From Paracoccaceae bacterium (GTDB taxonomy: Bacteria > Pseudomonadota > Alphaproteobacteria > Rhodobacterales > Rhodobacteraceae), in the NCBI GenBank assembly GCA_947504705.1, contig CANNIA010000002.1, positions 49,867 to 113,866 of the forward strand: DNA of 64,000 nucleotides. Direction: 5' to 3'. Under the pieces are notes generated by a model that saw only the letters and a program-made list of their open reading frames with translations, was not told the DNA's origin and did not search any database. Within the stretch, counting starts at the first letter, position 1. Each line of letters opens with the position of its first letter. Below, piece after piece: positions 63,749 through 64,000 of this stretch. A program made the position numbers and the translations under genes.

Positions 63749-63751
63749 GGC

Positions 63752-64000
63752 TTACTCGGCTTGGGCGGCGTGGATGGCGTGAAACTGCAGGCGAAGCTCG
63801 GCTGGCAATGGGGTCGGTCCCGGCAGGGCCAGCCGGACCCGCAAGGCGCGATCCACCCGCATGGTCAGGTCCTCATAGGTCTTGTCGGTGGTCGACAGGG
63901 GTTCGTTACCCCCAAAGAAGGGCGAGTTCCATTGGCTGGTCCGACAATGCCGCGCAGTATGGGGATGGCCCAGCACCGTCCCGAACAACCCGATCTCACG
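63752..64000 (-). CDS. hypothetical protein (partial; 5' end beyond window end)
   Basis: ORF ending 4 nt upstream of the oxidoreductase start; likely the first gene of the same operon. Confidence 0.3.
   Translation of the reverse strand, partial: REIGLFGTVLGHPHTARHCRTSQWNSPFFGGNEPLSTTDKTYEDLTMRVDRALRVRLALPGPTPLPAELRLQFHAIHAAQAE

Overview
This window is a high-GC (about 65%) alphaproteobacterial (Rhodobacterales-like) chromosomal segment that is densely packed with conserved housekeeping genes on both strands. Recognisable genes include leuA, the mreB-mreC-mreD-mrdA-rodA cell-shape operon, aspS, pabB with a PabC-like partner, carB, purC, dtd, uvrB and one tRNA-Arg(TCT). I found no transposase, integrase, CRISPR array, prophage or classical defence-system gene. 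The points most worth a second look are: (1) a roughly 95-bp imperfect palindromic intergenic repeat present in two full copies plus one half-copy; (2) two tandem paralogous genes for tiny signal-peptide/C-terminal-anchor proteins, each with its own terminator; (3) a leucine-rich leader peptide (LLLL) upstream of leuA; (4) a roughly 1.5-kb low-GC two-gene islet inserted between yqgE and cbiX; (5) a four-gene gamma-glutamylation-type amine/amino-alcohol catabolic cluster (glutamine-synthetase-like protein, aldehyde dehydrogenase, iron alcohol dehydrogenase, FAD oxidoreductase); (6) a membrane-anchored NYN (Zc3h12a-like) ribonuclease with a small partner gene; (7) candidate operator arrays (GCAAGAC x3 at 11-bp spacing; a 7-1-7 palindrome upstream of the 2-hydroxyacid dehydrogenase gene; tandem 10-mers and a LexA-like box upstream of uvrB). 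I could not run homology searches, so protein family calls rest on motifs I read directly from the translations.
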